This document shows, piece by piece, positions 9,747-15,712 of a DNA stretch of 15,712 bases (position 1 is its first letter; each line of letters starts with the position of its first letter). The notes below the pieces were generated by a model that was not told the DNA's origin, made no database searches, and saw only the letters and a program-made list of their open reading frames with translations. The stretch is from Tubiluchus corallicola (Eukaryota; Animalia; Priapulida). The stretch is taken from contig JAQGDQ010002079.1 in assembly GCA_030141605.1 (NCBI GenBank), positions 1 to 15,712 on the forward strand, given 5' to 3'. The position numbers were made by a program, and so were the translations under genes.

Positions 9747-10655
9747 CATGAAACCATTTTTCTCAGAAATTTGAGTTGTAAACTTCTCTATAACCGCCCA
9801 CCCAGTAAAGCCATAATTCTTACAGCTGGTAAGCACATAAACTTGTCCATAAAGCTAAAATTTCATGTCTTACAGTGCACTAAGCGAGCGTAGGTCTTTC
9901 ATAAAACCACCTCGCCGCTTGACTTTCCACAATCAATGAAGTTCGGTAGACATTATTACATACTGGGCACACAGTAGCAACACGTTTAACGGTCATAGTT
10001 AATTTCTACTGTCAGCGCTAACAGATCATAATGTTGCCTACGTGCTCAGACTATAGAAGAGTTAGGAGACGCTGGGCTTCTGTCGTATTTAGTTTGTCAT
10101 GCGTTGGGGACTAGCAGCGTTAGGCACTGAATCAGTCAATGCAACGATGGCTTCGTGACGCGATTAGCATTGACATTGGTGGAGCGGTGGCATTGGTGGA
10201 ATTGTGGGACAGAATTATTGGTCGTGAGAGCAGTAAGTGGAGCAGAGTATAATAGTGATTATAGAGATATCAGAGTGGGTAAAACTGGTGAAACGTGACG
10301 TTCATTCCTCTCTGAAGCTTGAAGGTCACGTTGCTGTCAACGACGTTATTAGAATTTTTCCATCTGCATATTAGAAGATTCTGAATGGCGAAAATTCAGA
10401 CTGCAGACTAATATCCAATTGTTACCTAACTTCCTTGATTAAAATCAAAATTATAATCCTAAGACAATTTTTTTGCATCAGTTATGTTTCCTGATAGTTT
10501 GTGTTTGTTCCATAACTCTACATTAAAACCGAAACGACATAGGAGAAATTTGCATAATTTATAGATACGGGAACAAATCCGGTAAAAGCATGAAAGAGGC
10601 CTGGTAGGAAACTCGTGAGTTGGTAGAAGTTAACTTGCAGTACCAGCTCCCTTAA

Positions 10656-11270
10656 AGAAAAACTGGAGGATTTTTCATTTTCCACCCCATTTTCAAGTCC
10701 CGTAAAAAGTACACATTTTAACACCAATAATAATGTCAAAGCGTTTCTGTCAATTAAACAATAAGATAAAAAATTAATTAACGGCGGGCGAGCACAACTA
10801 GTGATGACGTCACAAGCGAACATAATTTGTAGCAGCACACATTCCATGAGCGTGTTGCACGGTTTGCAAAAGCGAAAATTGAAGTACAGCACTACTGTAA
10901 GATATGTGTTGTACTAAAACTAGGCAAGTTTTAAGATAAAAATTCAAATTTCAAATTTACCGCTGTGCTCGTTACGCACGAGCTCCCGAACATGTGCACT
11001 ACTTCAGAAACGAACACTTCTGAACTGAGAGGTACTGCACCTGTTTTTATGCAACGCGTTTCCGAAATGCATGAGCTAGTGCCCGTTGAACTATCGAGCG
11101 ACGAAATGCATGTAAAGCAGCGAAGAACTAGTGGCGCGAACGCGAAATTGTGTTTGTGTGGTAATAATTCTTTCAGGTAAGTCATTTTTGAAAATATAAT
11201 ATGATCCCTTTCAATATTTTAAAGAGTAGGTTCTGTTAGCCTACAGTTTAAGACTCGGTGCGGTTTTCCT
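10656..11270 (+). mobile_element. Kolobok/T2-type MITE, copy 2 (615 bp)
   Basis: TTAA at 10652-10655 and 11271-11274; ends AGAAAAACTGG...CGGTTTTCCT; colinear with copy 3. Confidence 0.88.
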
Positions 11271-11775
11271 TTAAAGATCTACCCTCTGACTGTCAATTAA
11301 ACAGATTGAAATTTTTGAAGAACCTTGATTCACTGAAGCATTCAGTGGTGCCAGTCGGAGTAAAACTGGGCAAGCGTATCTTGGCGAGCTCTAAGAAATT
11401 TATAATTCATCAGCAGTAATTATTCCTGAGGCATTCGATCAAATTGATGAATCAAGTTGAAGGGAATATAAAGAAACGAAAAATATGAAAAACGTAGAAC
11501 CGACCATCAGTAATATCCTCAGATATAAAACTGCAACTTACGTCATGTCTATTAGTCATGTTTATGGAGTAAAAAATGATTTTGTAACCTGCTGTACCTT
11601 AATTTACACGCTTGTTAAAAACAGACACGGTTAACATAGCTAACCAACGCATTACTTAAATTATTAGAATTTCAATCTGTGTCATAATCACCGGCTGCAC
11701 CATCATTGCAGTTTTCATCATCACAATCGTCAATGCCTCCACAATAATAATTGTCGTCCTTGACGTTTTTATGTG

Positions 11776-11985
<210 letters not shown>

Positions 11986-12698
11986 AGCAGCAGGGCAATA
12001 TCTTCGTCTTGTGTTGTTCATTCTATTGACTAAATCACGCCTGCAGTTGTAATTAAATCTCAGCACAAACTGCAAGTCTTTAATGGCTCTCGTCTTCTCA
12101 CTTACTGTTCTGATCACAGAGTCACAGCTTGCATTAGTAAAGCTGAAATGCTGTTTGTCTCCCGGGCAACCGGAGGCTGAGGAGGAGAAGATGGAGATGC
12201 TAAGGAAAAATTCAGACGAGTTGAAAGTGAGCATGCATGTACCATTGTGTGATAATTTTCAGCGTTTTTTTAAATAAGGTTTTTTTATAATTCAAGAACA
12301 TCCGCAGGTAATTTGCAATTTGTTCGTCTGCAGCTAAACCTAGAATGGCTTCACTCTCGTACGTAAAATCTAGAAAACAGTAGAGCTGTTAATCAGCTGG
12401 CCTCATATAAAAATCTCTCAAGAGACAAAGAATTGAATTTAACGTTGTAGTAAACTAGTAAAAATAATAATAATAATTAATAATGATAACCATATCGACT
12501 AAAATCCAAATAAAATAACCATAGGGCGCGAAGAAAGATCTTTTTTTAGAAATTTTAAATATTTTTTAATGCAGAGTGGAGAGCGTTTAAAATGTACTCA
12601 ATTACCTATGCTTGTACGCCTTCACTCAGGGAAACGTTACTTCAAAAACAGAAAATTCGACCGTAAGCTAAAACACATTATATTAATAAACTAGAATG

Positions 12699-13250
12699 TT
12701 CAACACGAGTCTGACAACACAGATTCAACACGAGTCTGATAACACAGATTCAACGCGAACATAAAAACACGGCTTCAGCACGAATCTGACAACGTGGCTT
12801 CAACACGAGTCTGACAACAGGGCATCAACATAAGTATGACAACACGGATTCAACACGGCATTAACACGAGTCTGACAATACATCTTCAACACGAGTCTGA
12901 CAACAGGGCTTCAGCATGAGTCTGACAACACAGATTCAACACGGATTCAACACGAGTCTGACAACATGGATTCAACACGAGTCTGACAACACAGATTCAG
13001 CACGAGCCTGACAACACGGATTCAATACGAGTCTGACAACACAGATTCAACACGAATCTGACAACACGAGCCTGACAACACAGATTCAATACGAGTCTGA
13101 CAACACAGATTCAACACGAATCTGACAACACAGATTCAACACGAGTCTGACAACACGGATTCAACACTAGTCGTATGACAACAAGGCATCAACGAGTCTG
13201 ACAACACATCTTCAACACAAGTCTGACAACAGGGCTTCATCGCGGATTCA
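12699..13250. repeat. Minisatellite, 25-bp unit CAACACGAGTCTGACAACACAGATT, about 22 unit lengths, some truncated or diverged
   Basis: Directly visible head-to-tail units; each unit is two CAACAC-led subunits (14+11 bp), which also occur alone. Confidence 0.95.
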
Positions 13251-13523
13251 AAGCGAATTCTGAGTACAAAGCTAAGTTGTTAACGAACGAATCGGCTTAA
13301 CCAAAATTTGCCAGGTCAACTCAAAATTACTTGCGCTTCCACTAATAGTTACATAATGCGATTTGAGAATTAGATGAATGTTTTGTCAGTCAACAAATTT
13401 TTGTCGCCATGGAGCGATTCTACAATTAAAATTGCACAGTTATTTGTTTTTATATTCTATACCAGGTATTTTAAGCTTCGCAAGAACGAGAAATCGAAGA
13501 AATGATAAAACTGGAATGAAACA

Positions 13524-14477
13524 TAGGGCGTAGCCAGGTTCTAAATTTAAGGAGAGCAAGCACTTAAAAAAGGCGCCGTGACACATACCAAATAATTTTT
13601 AAAACATTCATTATAAGTTTCTTTTTATTTTTGTGTTTAAAATCAAAACATGAAGAAGATACAGTTTTATAGGAAGACAGGATGATTTTTCAAGTCCATA
13701 TAAAGTTTCATACTACCCCATTTTCAAGTCCGATAAAAAGTATACATTTTTACACAATTAATACCACAAAAGCGTTTCTGATAATTAACTAATAGATTAA
13801 AAATTTAATTAGCAGCGGGCGAGCCCAACTATTGATGAAATCACGAACTAACATATTTAACAGCGAAAATATTCCACGAGCATGTTGCACATCTTTGCGA
13901 AAACGAAAATTGAAGTACAGTGCCACTGTAAGATATTCAGTGTGTTGTACTAAAACTAGGCAAGTTTTAACATAAAAATTCAAATTTTAAATTTACCGCT
14001 GTGCACGTGCACGAGCTGTCGAACGTATGAATTCACAAACTAACACACCTGAACTGAGAGGGACAGCACCTATTTTTTGTGCCATGCGTTTCCGAAATGC
14101 AGGTGCCAGTGATCGTCTAACTAGCGAATGGCGCAATGCATTTAACAGCGAAGAACTAGTGGCGCGAACGCGAAATTGTGTTTGTGTGGTAATAATTCTT
14201 TCACGTAAGTCATTCTGGAAAAATAGTGTTTAATTTTAATATTTCAAAAGGTAGATTGTTTTGACTTACAGTTTAAGATTGGGCCCGGTTTTCCTTTAAA
14301 AGAAGTGCAAAAATAAACTAATGACTCCAGAAAATTTTTCTAAGGGCATGTGATTAAGATAAAAGAAAATGATTGGACTTCTTTCGCACAAGTGAACAAA
14401 AGCCTCAGAAAACTGTTGAAAAAGCGTCAGCTCTTTGAAAATGTGCTCGGGTGCTCCCCATTCTAGCTACGCCACTA
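13524..14477. mobile_element. hAT (Tip100-like) MITE, ~325 bp of own sequence, interrupted by Kolobok MITE copy 3
   Basis: Seen: TIRs TAG-GGCGTAGCCAG (13524) and CTAGCTACGCCACTA (14463-14477); flanking direct repeat ATGAAACA (13516-13523)/ATGAAACG (14478-14485), or a perfect AATGAAAC in the adjacent register. Confidence 0.78.
13671..14295 (+). mobile_element. Kolobok/T2-type MITE, copy 3 (625 bp)
   Basis: TTAT (13667-13670, mutated TTAA) and TTAA (14296-14299); imperfect TIR AGGAAGACAGG...CCGGTTTTCCT; homologous to copies 1 and 2. Confidence 0.88.
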
Positions 14478-15040
14478 ATGAAACGCATTTGTTTCAAGCG
14501 ATTTGCGTTATTTCCAAGTGGCGCCAAATAGAAATTAGGTAAACGACAGCGAAAACAAGCTACAGCAAAAAAGCAAGTAACTTTTGGGTTTATTTATGAA
14601 AACTGCTGAAAGAGGCTATTTTTAAAAGTTTTTAATTCAATTTCATTCAGACTTTGCTTTTGAAAGAAACCTGATTCTTTTCTAAATGAGTGATAAAAAC
14701 CATCAATGTTTTCTTTTGTTAGTCTCTTGGTAAGTAAAAATAAAAACTTGTTTTCAACAGAAAACATTAATTTAATAGTTCCTGGAAGCAAAGATACATT
14801 TACTCATAATTTTTCCTAATTAATAAAATTAATAAAATCATTATTACGATGATAAATCTTTATTATTAATCGGATAGTACAATGAGCCTCTATATGCTGG
14901 CAGAAGTTATTTACTTACCACTTAAACGTACGTCCACCCCTCTAAATGAATATATGAAACTTTATGAATATATACAGCAAAATATAGCGCTAACAAAAGT
15001 TCGACGAATAGAATTATATCACATATTAAATTTTAACTGC

Positions 15041-15095
15041 TAAAATTTAAGAAAACTACATAAAATTTAAGAGAACTACATAAAATTTAAGAAAA
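15041..15095. repeat. Short tandem repeat, 20-bp unit TAAAATTTAAGA(A/G)AACTACA x2.7
   Basis: Copies start at 15041, 15061 and 15081. Confidence 0.85.
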
Positions 15096-15712
15096 TCGGA
15101 AATTAATTCGTGTTAAATCACATTACAGTCAGTAGTGTTAATATTAGTTACTAAGGCTATGCAGAATAAATTCATCATTTGCAAAATTTACGAAGTTTCG
15201 AGCGACAAATCATTTCTGTATAGATAAATGTCATTTATGGATAATTTAGATGACCTTTATAGATCATTTATAGATAATATCAATAACATTATTAGGATGA
15301 ATTTAAATAAAATTCTATTACAAAATTCCTTTTCGAATTCTTTTCTGTGGCGTACGAGAAAAAATTGGGAAATTTAATGACATGCAGTTGGTGGCGCCAC
15401 CGTAGTTAAACTAACTCGCTGCGCACGACGTATATTAAACAAAACGTTTTGTTTATTGTTTACTTAAATGAGCCGCTCCCATTCGACACTTCTGACTAAC
15501 GTGGCTTCGCATGTGACCCACATTAGCTAGTCATCGCTCAAGTCTAAAAGCCTGTGATATATTAATGTTTGAAACATTTGACGACAGTAAGTGCCAGCGC
15601 TTAATTCTGGTAATGGGAGGAGGAATCTTATCAGACATCGACATGCCACACGACCAGAAGAATATCTGTCAGTATGAAACGCAAGAATATTTTTAAAATA
15701 CATCCCAACTTT

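Noticed and set aside
9777-10521. Possible solo LTR (TGTA...CTACA)
   Set aside because: No convincing terminal inverted repeat, TSD, PBS or PPT.
12489-12515. Possible upstream receptor exon ending ...VDM|gt on the minus strand
   Set aside because: The preceding codons (IWIL) do not match the expected FDxISEV(N/D)M and the donor (gttatc) is poor. The real upstream exon was not found and probably lies beyond 15712.
12699-13250. CRISPR-like array
   Set aside because: Units are head-to-tail without unique spacers, there are no cas genes, and the context is a spliceosomal intron.
14915-14950. Possible 23-nt microexon on the minus strand (catttag|AGGGGTGGACGTACGTTTAAGTG|gtaagt)
   Set aside because: The length is not a multiple of 3 inside a phase-0 intron within a conserved beta-strand region, and there is no homology support.
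15390-15401. Perfect 12-bp palindrome GGTGGCGCCACC, with related GTGGCGC motifs at ~3186 and ~14518
   Set aside because: Single short motif with no supporting context; similar motifs are common inside DNA transposon remnants.

Overview
This is AT-rich eukaryotic (invertebrate animal) genomic DNA, not a prokaryotic or viral locus. The only convincing protein-coding content is three internal exons on the minus strand (4915-4689, 3805-3723, 2266-2132). They splice in frame into the extracellular ligand-binding domain of a Cys-loop GABA-A receptor beta-like subunit (LCCH3 / molluscan GABA-beta type): DYTLTLYLNQYW...KIWVPDTFFANDK...YGMR|[27 protein letters not shown]|YGY...LPQF...LATG. I did not find the upstream (SEV[N/D]M) exon or the transmembrane exons, so the whole window is probably inside this gene, with more than 10.7 kb of one intron on the right. 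The first intron needs a non-canonical GC donor. The introns are filled with repeats: three copies of a ~620 bp TTAA-flanked Kolobok/T2-type MITE (one inverted, one nested in a hAT-type MITE), three hAT-Tip100-like MITEs, a Harbinger-like MITE, two LINE remnants, a probable Helentron/HINE remnant, long (CAT)n, (GT)n and (CT)n microsatellites, and a 25-bp minisatellite. Most ORFs in the supplied track are repeat artefacts. I see no evidence for a wholly new multi-gene biological system. The most promising leads are the GC-AG intron with a near-identical GT decoy donor, the inverted MITE pair in the pre-mRNA, the nested and possibly uncatalogued transposon families, and a candidate antisense exon at about 12120-12226. 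Family assignments rest on recalled consensus features, not on database searches.
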